Origin: a virus
Lineage: Duplodnaviria > Heunggongvirae > Uroviricota > Caudoviricetes
IMG/VR virus record: IMGVR_UViG_2859783438_000005
Direction: 5' to 3' (one strand)
DNA: 37,940 bases
Position numbers and translations under genes: made by a program. Positions 26,950-35,602 of this stretch are shown piece by piece (positions within the stretch are counted from its first letter, which is position 1; the number at the start of each line of letters is the position of its first letter). The notes below the pieces were generated by a model. The model was not told the origin of the DNA. It searched no databases and worked only from the letters and a program-made list of their open reading frames with translations.

Positions 26950-27309
26950 TCTTCAGAACGACGAAAAATGGCACCAAAAGATGAATTAAATATCCTCAGT
27001 GCATTGACTGTCGATATTTTCACTTCACTGCTGAAAAGGGCTTCAACAAGAACAGACAAAGCATTCCATTTAAGATTCATCAGGTCTTTAGGCCGGGTGC
27101 CAATGATGCGGTGTCTCCATTTGAAATATTCATTGCCGTTGTTGCCTGTTTCAAACCACATGTAGGAATCGGTGTCTGCATCCGAATTATTTTTAAACCC
27201 AATCTTTGCCCAGTCAGTATTTCGAATCCAGGCAAGGATTGAGTCGTTTTCAAAAGTAAGTCCACCGGACAACGTATCGCCATTTTTTTGCACGGCGTTA
27301 CCAGCCTTG

Positions 27310-27334
27310 TTTACCGTTTCCTGTAAACCGAGGT
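27310..27334. repeat. gix/hix-like recombination site B (right inverted repeat), interrupted by IS insertion
   Basis: tttaccgtttcctgtaaaccgaggt; the rest of the predicted site (tagataa) is displaced to about 27850 beyond the IS. Confidence 0.65.
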
Positions 27335-27335
27335 T

Positions 27336-27846
27336 TGAGGTGTACTGGCAATAGCGGACACTACCATTTGTTCTTTTTTTAAGCAGCCATCTGATGATAT
27401 TTTTCCCTGAAGGCTGCCGGGGAGATATTCCCCAGACGAGAGTGACGACGCTGACGATTGTAGAAAATCTCAATGTATTCCCGTATTACTGAGATGGCTT
27501 CATCCCGGTTATTAAAACGATAGTGGCTCAGGCTCTCATTTTTCAGCGTTCCCCAGAAGCTTTCCATCGGAGCGNNNNNNNNNNNNNNNNNNNNNNNNNN
27601 NNNNNNNNNNNNNNNNNNNNNNNNNNNNNNNNNNNNNNNNNNNNNNNNNNNNNNNNNNNNNNNNNNNNNNNNNNAAGAGATAATCGGGAAGCGCCTTCAC
27701 TGATCGAAAGTTGATTTTCAAGAACCGTTCTGACAGCTTCGGCTTTGAACTCTTTAGAGTAACGTTGGGTTTTTCTGCTCATTATTAGCTCCTTCTGATG
27801 CCATTCTATTTCAGGAAGGAGTGTCCGTTAAACTCAGGCTACCTCA
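27336..27846 (-). mobile_element. IS3-family insertion sequence (IS600-like), interior unresolved by an assembly gap
   Basis: terminal inverted repeats tgaggtgtactggcaatagcggacactacc (27336-27365) and ggaaggagtgtccgttaaactcaggctacctca (27814-27846); 3-bp GTT direct repeats at 27333-27335 and 27847-27849; OrfA N-terminus MSRKTQRYSKEFKAEAVRTV and OrfB C-terminus ...FYNRQRRHSRLGNISPAAF on the minus strand. Confidence 0.7.
27575..27674. other. assembly gap (100 N)
   Basis: run of exactly 100 n inside the IS element; the true length of the missing sequence is unknown. Confidence 0.95.
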
Positions 27847-27911
27847 GTTTTAGATAATGGCCGTTTCCGGCCTGCATGGCATGATTTGCGCTTTTGGACG
27901 GGAGATTCAGC

Positions 27912-28499
27912 GTGCTGATTGGCTATGTAAGGGTATCAACAAATGACCAGAATACAGACCTGCAACGAAACGCTCTTGTTTGTGCAGGATGTGAACAAAT
28001 ATTTGAAGATAAATTAAGCGGGACAAAGACAGACCGACCGGGATTAAAACGCGCTTTAAAGCGCCTTCAAAAAGGTGACACGCTGGTTGTCTGGAAACTG
28101 GATCGCCTCGGGCGAAGCATGAAACATCTGATTTCTCTCGTCGGGGAACTACGGGAGCGAGGAATTAATTTTCGCAGTCTGACCGACAGCATAGATACAT
28201 CTTCTCCAATGGGGCGTTTTTTCTTCCACGTGATGGGTGCCCTGGCTGAAATGGAACGTGAATTAATTGTTGAACGTACACTGGCCGGACTGGCGGCAGC
28301 ACGCGCACGGGGGCGCACAGGCGGACGTCGACCGAAGCTGACAAAAGAACAGCATGAGCAAATAGCAAGGCTGATCAAAAACGGGCACGACAGAAAACAA
28401 CTGGCAATAATTTACGGCATTGGTATATCGACGATTTATCGTTACCACCCCGCAGGAGAATCAATCGGAACAATAGAGAAGAGTCAGGAAACAAAATAA
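27912..28499 (+). CDS. serine DNA invertase (Gin/Pin/Hin/Cin family)
   Basis: track ORF 27894..28499; from the GTG at 27912 the protein reads MLIGYVRVSTNDQNTDLQRNALVCAGCEQIFEDKLSG..., nearly identical to Gin/Pin as I recall them (catalytic Ser in VRVSTNDQ). Confidence 0.88.
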   Translation: MLIGYVRVSTNDQNTDLQRNALVCAGCEQIFEDKLSGTKTDRPGLKRALKRLQKGDTLVVWKLDRLGRSMKHLISLVGELRERGINFRSLTDSIDTSSPMGRFFFHVMGALAEMERELIVERTLAGLAAARARGRTGGRRPKLTKEQHEQIARLIKNGHDRKQLAIIYGIGISTIYRYHPAGESIGTIEKSQETK

Positions 28500-28530
28500 C
28501 CGCTAATCTGACCATTAGCGGTTTTTGTGT
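28498..28530 (+). terminator. rho-independent terminator after the invertase gene
   Basis: aaccgctaat-ctgacc-attagcggtt followed by tttgtgt. Confidence 0.5.
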
Positions 28531-28534
28531 TAAA

Positions 28535-29029
28535 TCAGAACAACCCTTTAACTGAACTGGCCGCGCTGTTAAGGGATGATGTTACCTTATCTTTGAAGCC
28601 GGACAGCATATCGCTGAACGATGAGGATTGCAGGCGCTCCCGCAAATCCTCATCACAGCGTTCAAGAGTCAGTGAAAATTCTATCTTTTTCGCCTTACCG
28701 TAGCGATCAAACTCGGAGCGGGTCGTATTCGTTTCGGTCAGGACATACATGCCGTAAATCTGCCCGACGCCATCAATCAGAGGCCAGGGTCGTCCTGTAT
28801 ACGCCTGCGTGGTCAGCAGCGACAGCGACACTTCGCCACCTGTAATTTCAGGATAAAGCACACCAGAAAGAACGATGCGCTCATCACCTGCACCGATATA
28901 CTGCCAGCTTGCCGAACGGTTAACGCGTTCATTTTTCACATGCCGCCAGCTTTTGTTTTGCTGTAACTGCTGATGCGGCAATGTACGCAGCTCAAAAACA
29001 AACATGCCGTAGATCATCATCATGGCCAT
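28535..29029 (-). CDS. U: tail protein U (P2 gpU family)
   Basis: 164-aa ORF; resembles P2 U as I recall it (MMM...FVF...SWRH...); start among several N-terminal Met. Confidence 0.75.
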   Translation of the reverse strand: MAMMMIYGMFVFELRTLPHQQLQQNKSWRHVKNERVNRSASWQYIGAGDERIVLSGVLYPEITGGEVSLSLLTTQAYTGRPWPLIDGVGQIYGMYVLTETNTTRSEFDRYGKAKKIEFSLTLERCDEDLRERLQSSSFSDMLSGFKDKVTSSLNSAASSVKGLF

Positions 29030-29035
29030 GACTCC

Positions 29036-31879
29036 TCAATCTTTATCGTAAAAACTGCCACGCCCGGCACGGGCGCGCCGTTCCATTTCTGCCCTGACCA
29101 TTTCACCGACCAGTTTCGCCAGTTCGCGGGGATTCTGCGTAACAACGTTATGCAGATGAACATGAATTTCACCACCAAATCCGGAGGCAACAGGCTCCCG
29201 GTTACGGGAAGTTACAGGAACTGATGCCACTGGAGAGCGTATGGCCTCCGCCACCGGGCGGGAGCTGGCCGCAACAACAGGGACCAGCGCCGGAGGCAGC
29301 GGAGCCGGGACCACGGGTGTGATATTAATTGCGGGGGCAGGCTTACTGACCTGCGCAATCTTCCGCTCCTGCCACTCCCCACGAACAGCAAGTGCGCGGG
29401 GCAGGTTCTTAAAGACAATATCGCCGGGGCCAATGCGTTTTTTCGTCTCATCAACCAGCTTACCTGTGTTATCAGCAATTTTGCTGAGTCTGCGTAGCGT
29501 CCCGGTATTGCTGTCTGTGAGCGGTTTGTTGTCTTTGGGTTTATCACCTCCGGTGCCATTGCCATTTTCCACAGGCTTCGGCGGATTGATTTTCGCCAGG
29601 TTCCCCTGAAGCAAGGCAACCTTGTCCTGAAGAATGGCCGCACGCTGTGCGTCTTCGATTTTCTTGCGCGCCCTTTCCGCTTCATCCGGAAGGACGCCAA
29701 GTTTTTCAAGTATCCACGCCAGCGTATCCAGTAGCATTTTTGCAGGTGTCAGAACAAGTTGTAACGCACCGCCAAGAACGTTACCGAATATCTCGCCAGC
29801 ACTGGCACATTTATCCAGCGTTTCCTTGCTGGACTCCATCGGTGACAGCAGCGATTTAAACCAGTTAAAGACCTGAATAATCCCATCGCGCACGACATCA
29901 AAAACAGGGCCAAACCGTTCAAAGGTTTCGCGCAACGGGGTCAGCCTTTCCATAATCCCGCTGAACACCCCGGCAAAAAATGCCCTGATGGGATCCCAGT
30001 ATTTCCAGATAAGAACGGCAGCTCCGGCAAGCGCAGCCACGATAAGACTAACCGGACTGAACAGCGCCCCGATAGCGCCACCAAGTAAAGAAACGGAACC
30101 CGTCACCATTCCCCATAATGCAGGCAGAACCCTGACAACATTCATTGATTCGGTCAGGAGAGAAAAACCGAGACGCAACGTAGCCAGCTTCCCGTGAAGC
30201 ACCCCAATAACCAGAGACAACGAACCAACCGTTGCTGTTGTCGCCAGCAGTGCGCCTCCCGCTATCAGTAACTGGCGCGTCAGTGCCGGGTGGGCCTGCG
30301 CCAGCGCCGTCACCTTTGAGACAACCCGCGTGAGCCACTGCGTGACAGAACGCAGCGGACCGTCAACCAGATCACTGATGCGAATACGCAGACCTTCCCA
30401 TGCACTGCCGAGTGATTTCAGGTTGCCATCAAGGTTATTGGCCATAACCTTTGCCGTGCGTTCTGCCTCACCGCGCGCGCCTTCAAGTTCTTTTCTCAGT
30501 TTGGCTAAGAAGCCGTCACCTGCCGCATCAACGAGGCCCATAAATGATGTGAAAGCCTCTTCTCCGGCAATGTCCTTAAAGAACGATACCCGGTCAACCT
30601 CCCCGTATTTGCGGGTGGCTTTATAGAGATCGGCCAGCACATTCTCCATCGGGCGCATTTTGCCTTTGGCGTCAGCAACTGACACCCCCAGCTCTTTCAG
30701 TGCTTCTGCCGCTGCCTTTGGCGGTGATGACAGATTGGCCAGGCTTTTACGCAACGCTGTACCTGCATCACTCCCCCTGATACCCATCTTCGCCAGCACG
30801 CCCGCCATCGCTGCGGCCTGCTCCAGCGATATTCCCAGCTTACCCGCCACCGGACCTGCATATTTCATGGTTTCGCCCAGTGCGCGAAGGTCAGTGTTGG
30901 TACGGGTAAACGCTGCGGTAAGTGTGTCACCGACCCGGTCCATCTGGTCAGCAGAGAGGCCGAACTGCGTCAGGATATTGGAACCAATATCCGCCGTCTC
31001 GCCGAGGTCCATACCGCCAGCCGTTGCCATGCTCAGCACGCCGGGAAGCGCAGCCTGAATGGCCTGCGGTGTGAAACCAGCCATTGCAAGAAATGCCTGT
31101 CCACTGGCGGCATCGCCTGCGGTGAACTGCGTTTCAGAGCCAAGTTTTAACGCCTGCTCACGCAGCGCCTTAAACTGCGGGCTGTTTTTATCGATTCGCG
31201 TCAGTGCCTGAACACGGGACATCTCTTTCCCGAACCCGATAGCGGGCTGCAAAAAACGCCCGGCAGCATAGCCGCCCGCTGCCGCCGCACCTGTTGCCAG
31301 CGCACCACCTGTTTTCAGTTTTCCCGCTGTTTCCTGCGCGCGTGAATACCGCTCACGCGCCTGCGTTACACGCGCAAGCGCCCGCCGTTCGCGTTCAAGC
31401 TGGTTGTTGTATTGTCCGGTGCGTCTGATGGCCTGCTGGATGGTGTTATCGCTGCCTGTCAGGGAAATGCCGTGGCGTTTCAGCTCTCCGCCAAGTTCCC
31501 GCATTTTCTGAATTTCCCGTGTGCGCGATTCATTCAGGCGTTCAAGCCGGGTGCTTAACTGCTGCATCAGCTTTTGTTGTTTTTCGCTGAGCACTGTACC
31601 CGTGCGTTGTAACTGATTAAGGGCGTTAAGCTGGCGTCGTGCTTTCACGATGCCCGCATCCGCTTTACTGACAGCGTCACGGGCGCGCTCAAATGAACGC
31701 GCCTGACGCTCGAGATTTTTGATCGCCCCCTGCGTTCGCTGGATGGAGTCACCAAACTGCCCCATCAGGCGGCGGGCGTTTTCGGCAGGCCGGGTCAGCC
31801 TGTCAACGGCGCTGAAAGCGACCCGGATATCAAGAGTCTTCATTGTCTGCATTCCCGCTGCGAAGTGCCGCCCGCTCAC
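29036..31879 (-). CDS. T: tail tape measure protein (P2 gpT family)
   Basis: 947-aa Ala/Gly-rich ORF with coiled-coil N-terminus and hydrophobic central region, directly downstream of E/E'; start uncertain (GTG 31879, ATG 31852 or 31843). Confidence 0.85.
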   Translation of the reverse strand: MSGRHFAAGMQTMKTLDIRVAFSAVDRLTRPAENARRLMGQFGDSIQRTQGAIKNLERQARSFERARDAVSKADAGIVKARRQLNALNQLQRTGTVLSEKQQKLMQQLSTRLERLNESRTREIQKMRELGGELKRHGISLTGSDNTIQQAIRRTGQYNNQLERERRALARVTQARERYSRAQETAGKLKTGGALATGAAAAGGYAAGRFLQPAIGFGKEMSRVQALTRIDKNSPQFKALREQALKLGSETQFTAGDAASGQAFLAMAGFTPQAIQAALPGVLSMATAGGMDLGETADIGSNILTQFGLSADQMDRVGDTLTAAFTRTNTDLRALGETMKYAGPVAGKLGISLEQAAAMAGVLAKMGIRGSDAGTALRKSLANLSSPPKAAAEALKELGVSVADAKGKMRPMENVLADLYKATRKYGEVDRVSFFKDIAGEEAFTSFMGLVDAAGDGFLAKLRKELEGARGEAERTAKVMANNLDGNLKSLGSAWEGLRIRISDLVDGPLRSVTQWLTRVVSKVTALAQAHPALTRQLLIAGGALLATTATVGSLSLVIGVLHGKLATLRLGFSLLTESMNVVRVLPALWGMVTGSVSLLGGAIGALFSPVSLIVAALAGAAVLIWKYWDPIRAFFAGVFSGIMERLTPLRETFERFGPVFDVVRDGIIQVFNWFKSLLSPMESSKETLDKCASAGEIFGNVLGGALQLVLTPAKMLLDTLAWILEKLGVLPDEAERARKKIEDAQRAAILQDKVALLQGNLAKINPPKPVENGNGTGGDKPKDNKPLTDSNTGTLRRLSKIADNTGKLVDETKKRIGPGDIVFKNLPRALAVRGEWQERKIAQVSKPAPAINITPVVPAPLPPALVPVVAASSRPVAEAIRSPVASVPVTSRNREPVASGFGGEIHVHLHNVVTQNPRELAKLVGEMVRAEMERRARAGRGSFYDKD

Positions 31880-32359
31880 GCCAGCTAACCACTTCGCCGG
31901 GCGTCATCATGAAGATTTCGGCGGGCGACCAGTTAAAAATGGCGGCAATATCCGCCACAAAGTCTTCTATGTGCTCAAAGCACACAACCGTGATCAGGCT
32001 TCCGTCGCCTGTTCGTTCTTCTCGCCAGAGTCCGCACCGCTCAAAAAATTTACGGCAACCACACATAACTGAATAAAGTCACGGGATGCCATTTTTTTGA
32101 TCGTCACTTCATCCAGTCGCGGTGATGTCACGCGTGACAGCAGCGTAAACATGGATTCCGCTTTCAAATTCAGCACATCAGACAGCGACAAATCTCGCAG
32201 AGATCCAGCCTGCTCAATAGCCCCGGTGATCTCCACATACGTGATTTTTTCGCCGCCTCGCTCAATTGGTTGGGTAAGTTTTACGCCACGCTCACTGGTT
32301 TCTTTCACAGTGTCAGCAACGACCGTGTTTTCGGTATCGATGTTTTTCGTCTCTTTCAT
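31830..32359 (-). CDS. tail assembly chaperone E+E' fusion made by programmed -1 ribosomal frameshift
   Basis: slippery site TTTTTTG (plus-strand caaaaaa at 32042-32048); the -1 frame continues as ...FFERCGLWREERTGDGSLITVVCFEHIEDFVADIAAIFNWS... to a stop at 31830, overlapping the T start. Confidence 0.55.
31994..32359 (-). CDS. E: tail assembly chaperone E
   Basis: 121-aa ORF between FII and T; contains a T6G slippery heptamer near its 3' end. Confidence 0.7.
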   Translation of the reverse strand: MKETKNIDTENTVVADTVKETSERGVKLTQPIERGGEKITYVEITGAIEQAGSLRDLSLSDVLNLKAESMFTLLSRVTSPRLDEVTIKKMASRDFIQLCVVAVNFLSGADSGEKNEQATEA

Positions 32360-32413
32360 CAGGAAACTCCTTTCAGTCAGAGGCGACGCACTGCGCCGCC
32401 TGCATATTACTTA

Positions 32414-32926
32414 TCAGCCAAGCCCGAGCGCGGAACGGATGCGATCGGGCACAATGTCCCTGCCGTCCTTCCGGTAAATGAAGTTCAGCAGGTCAATCTC
32501 CCACAACGGGCGATCGTTAACACTCAGCTTGTAGTAGGTGTTTTTAATGGCGTAAGTGTGTGATGTGGCTTCGCCCTGTTTGGCTTCCCCCATATCAATT
32601 TCCGTCACACGTCCGCGCATTTCGACTTCATACAGGTCGCTTTCAGCGTCGGTGTAGTATTCACCCGCAAAACGCAGCAGCGTACCGTCAATCGTGCCGC
32701 CATACTTAAGGAACAGCTCACGAACTGCGCCCCCCATGACAAAGCTCGCATCAAGCGCGGAGTCATCCAGGCCGAGATCAATACTTACCGCTCCCATCAT
32801 GCCACCACCCCGGTAGCTGTCGGTTTTGCGCGTCAGCTTAGGCAGAGTGACGGACGTCACCTTACCCACTTCGTTTTCACCATCCACAAACAGCGTAAAA
32901 AAGCGAAGATGTTTTGGTACAGCCAT
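32414..32926 (-). CDS. FII: tail tube protein (P2 gpFII family)
   Basis: 170-aa ORF immediately downstream of FI. Confidence 0.85.
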   Translation of the reverse strand: MAVPKHLRFFTLFVDGENEVGKVTSVTLPKLTRKTDSYRGGGMMGAVSIDLGLDDSALDASFVMGGAVRELFLKYGGTIDGTLLRFAGEYYTDAESDLYEVEMRGRVTEIDMGEAKQGEATSHTYAIKNTYYKLSVNDRPLWEIDLLNFIYRKDGRDIVPDRIRSALGLG

Positions 32927-34110
32927 CAGGCACCTCCCAGCACCGCAAATGCGGGACCAAAGAATTCATCAGTAAACGACTGGTAAAGCTCCATGTCTTC
33001 CAGCGGGGGAACAGGCGTATATTTGTAGCGAATACGCACGCGCCCCTGACGTAAATTCGTGGTGCCGTTATCCACCACGTCATACCAGCACGACGCCCCA
33101 ATCAGTTTCCCGGCAGTAACCAGTGAATCCAGTTTTGCCCTGATGGCACCGATAACATCCTTCACGTTCGCAGGCGTCAGTGGACTGTCGATGGTTTCAA
33201 ACTGCGCTTCCGCAATTGAATCAGCCAGCACCTGTGCGGTTCGGGTATACACCTCAAAGATGTAGGCGTTCGTTTCCGGTGTGCGGTTGCCCCAGAAGCG
33301 GAACCCGTTGCGACGAATAATGGTCGTGATTTCTTTGTTGTTGAGGCTGTTGGCATCACTGTCTTCGGCCTGCAACGACCAGAACACATGCCTGGACATC
33401 CCCAGCACATTTTTAACCGGAACGTTGGACAGCGATTTGTGCCAGCCCTGCTCATGGTCAATGTACGCACGAAGGCCGCACGCATAGGCAGGCGCGGGGA
33501 ACGTTTCGTTTTTGCCACTTTTCGGGTTGTAGGCGATGAAGTCCGGCCATAAGAGCATCACCTCACGTTCGTTGAATTTCTGGCGGTAGGTAATTGCCTC
33601 AGCCATCGTGTTACAGTCATGACATGAGGCATACACAAACGCGCGCAGTTTACCCGCAATCACGCACAGGGATTTTGTCACCGCCTCCGTGTCCAGCTCC
33701 GGCGCGGCCAGAATACGCGGACGGTATCCGATGCTTTCATCCTGCTCTGCAACAAGCAGCGCATACATCCCCGTATAGCTGCCGTCAGATTCAGAACCAC
33801 CGATAACCAGTTGATCCTGCGTTTTTCCGTCTTCTTCTTTGTGTTCAGCCACGCGAACGACGATCACCTTTGTGCTCACCTGGTCTGCGATGGCCTTAAG
33901 CGCACGATAAAGCGTCCCCGTTGTTCCGCATTTTCCCAGCACGTCATTGACGCGGGGCAGCAGTGTGGGCTTGTTCAGCGGGAACAGCTCCGCGTCCGCA
34001 TCATCCGCCGTTGCCACGATACCGATAACGCTGGAATCAACATCGTTAATCGCTGTTACCAGGTCGGTATTTTCCGTAACACGGGCACCATGAAAACGAG
34101 TTTCACTCAT
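32926..34110 (-). CDS. FI: tail sheath protein (P2 gpFI family)
   Basis: 394-aa ORF; conserved blocks shared with P2 FI (DADAE.FPLNKP, QKLRAF, WPDF, EQGWHK.LSNV, IRR.GFRFWGNRT, YTRTAQV.AD, YTPVPPLE); AAGGGG RBS. Confidence 0.9.
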   Translation of the reverse strand: MSETRFHGARVTENTDLVTAINDVDSSVIGIVATADDADAELFPLNKPTLLPRVNDVLGKCGTTGTLYRALKAIADQVSTKVIVVRVAEHKEEDGKTQDQLVIGGSESDGSYTGMYALLVAEQDESIGYRPRILAAPELDTEAVTKSLCVIAGKLRAFVYASCHDCNTMAEAITYRQKFNEREVMLLWPDFIAYNPKSGKNETFPAPAYACGLRAYIDHEQGWHKSLSNVPVKNVLGMSRHVFWSLQAEDSDANSLNNKEITTIIRRNGFRFWGNRTPETNAYIFEVYTRTAQVLADSIAEAQFETIDSPLTPANVKDVIGAIRAKLDSLVTAGKLIGASCWYDVVDNGTTNLRQGRVRIRYKYTPVPPLEDMELYQSFTDEFFGPAFAVLGGA

Positions 34111-34267
34111 AGCTTCAACCCCTTGTATCCGTTAAATGATTCGGCAACAATCATCACCCACCACGCGCGTAATCTCACCCCTGCGCCATTCTCCCGCCAC
34201 GGCGACAACAAAAAGCAGTAACCCCCTCCGCACGCACATGCGACCATGCCACACAGGGAGGGAGCAG

Positions 34268-35377
34268 ATGACCGACACCACCATGCAATTGCTCAGTCAG
34301 GGCACAGACCCCGTGAAAATGCCGGATTTTGATATTCTCGCGGAGGGTAAAACGCTGTCAGGCGTGGCAGAGCGCCTGATGAGCCTGTCACTGACCGACA
34401 ACCGGGGATTTGAGGCGGACCAGCTCACCATCACGCTGGATGATGCGGATGGTCAGTTGCAGCTACCGCCACGGGGCGCGCGCCTGACGGTTCTCATTGG
34501 CTGGAAGGGAGAACCGCTGACAGAAAAAGGCACTTACATTGTTGATGAAATCGCTCACGAAGGACCGCCGGACAGGCTGACTGTTTCAGCCAGAAGCGCA
34601 GATTTTCGGGCTGAATTTAACGTTAAACGTGAGGTGTCCTGGCATGATGTGACCGTTGAGCGTGTGGTATCCGCCATCGCTCATCGGTATGGTCTGAAAC
34701 CGCAAATCAGCGAAATGCTGATGGATATCGAAATCGACCACGCCGACCAGACCGAAGAAAGCGACATGTCCTTCCTTACGCGCATGGCGGAAATGCTGGG
34801 CGCAATCACCACGGTAAAAAGCGGTAATCTGTTATTCATCATGCCCGGTGGTGGCGTGAACGCACAGGGCCAGCCGTTGCCCTCGTTCGCCATCACACGC
34901 AGCAGCGGCGATCGCCATCAGTTCCGCATTGCTGACCGCGAAGCGTATACGGGGGTACGCGCTTACTGGCTTGATCTTAATTACGGGAAAAAGAAAAAAG
35001 TCAGCGTGAAACGCCGCAAACCGTCAAAACCAAAAAAGGAGAAAAGCAGCAGCCGGGAAGGCGACTATATGGAAGGTGCGGAAGGCAACGTGTTTGTGTT
35101 ACGCAAAACTTATCAGAACGAGCAGGCAGCAAGACGTGCAGCGGCGGCAAAGTGGCAGCAGCTACAACGCGGAGCCGCATCATTCTCCATCACACTGGCG
35201 CATGGACGTGCAGAACTCTACCCCGAAATGCATGGCACGGTAACAGGATTTAAAAGCGAGATTGATAATCAGGACTGGATTATTGCAAAAGCCGAGCACA
35301 CCATTGATAACAGCGGCTTTACCACGCAGCTTGAGCTTGAGGCAAAAATCCCGGAATGGATAGCAGAAACAGAGTGA
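34268..35377 (+). CDS. D: tail protein D (late control gene D family)
   Basis: track ORF 34136..35377 trimmed to Met MTDTTMQLLSQGTDPV preceded by an AGGGAGGGAG RBS; about 369 aa. Confidence 0.85.
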   Translation: MTDTTMQLLSQGTDPVKMPDFDILAEGKTLSGVAERLMSLSLTDNRGFEADQLTITLDDADGQLQLPPRGARLTVLIGWKGEPLTEKGTYIVDEIAHEGPPDRLTVSARSADFRAEFNVKREVSWHDVTVERVVSAIAHRYGLKPQISEMLMDIEIDHADQTEESDMSFLTRMAEMLGAITTVKSGNLLFIMPGGGVNAQGQPLPSFAITRSSGDRHQFRIADREAYTGVRAYWLDLNYGKKKKVSVKRRKPSKPKKEKSSSREGDYMEGAEGNVFVLRKTYQNEQAARRAAAAKWQQLQRGAASFSITLAHGRAELYPEMHGTVTGFKSEIDNQDWIIAKAEHTIDNSGFTTQLELEAKIPEWIAETE

Positions 35378-35539
35378 GCAACTTAAATGTATTAACTCAG
35401 AACGGATCAACACACTCACAACATAGAGTCAATATAGCTGCTCGCTTTGTTCCAGCAAGGATGCCTATTTCTAAGGAAAAACAGAGCAGAAACATATGGT
35501 GTTTTCCTACCTGACATCAGGGGTGGTAAGAATCATGCT

Positions 35540-35567
35540 TTGATAACCAATTGATAACTATTATTAT
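35540..35567 (+). promoter_or_regulatory. candidate sigma-70 promoter for the PIN-like island gene
   Basis: TTGATA - about 16 nt - TATTAT in AT-rich DNA, about 35 nt upstream of the start; GAGG RBS at 35594-35597. Confidence 0.3.
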
Positions 35568-35602
35568 ATTAATCTAACACCATTGACATAGTTGAGGTTT
35601 GA

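Larger units (their letters stand above)
24278..27309. mobile_element. invertible tail-fibre host-range segment (Mu G-segment-like)
   Basis: bounded by 25-bp inverted repeats; contains Hv-G on the plus strand and a mirror-image alternative fibre C-terminus plus a second assembly gene on the minus strand; Gin-family invertase adjacent. Confidence 0.7.

Noticed and set aside
27523-27782. Track ORFs whose translations contain runs of X
   Set aside because: They are read across the 100-N assembly gap; only the flanking portions (IS3-family OrfA N-terminus and OrfB C-terminus) are meaningful and are reported as part of the IS element.
29212-29709. 165-aa minus-strand ORF and several plus-strand ORFs within 29241-31058
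   Set aside because: Alternative frames or antisense of the tape measure gene, whose repetitive Ala/Gly-rich sequence generates long open frames; no independent support.
34111-34267. Ogr-dependent late promoter (TGT-N12-ACA dyad) between FI and D
   Set aside because: The spacer is the expected place for the FI late promoter, but I could not find a convincing match to the dyad on either strand by eye, so no promoter feature is reported.
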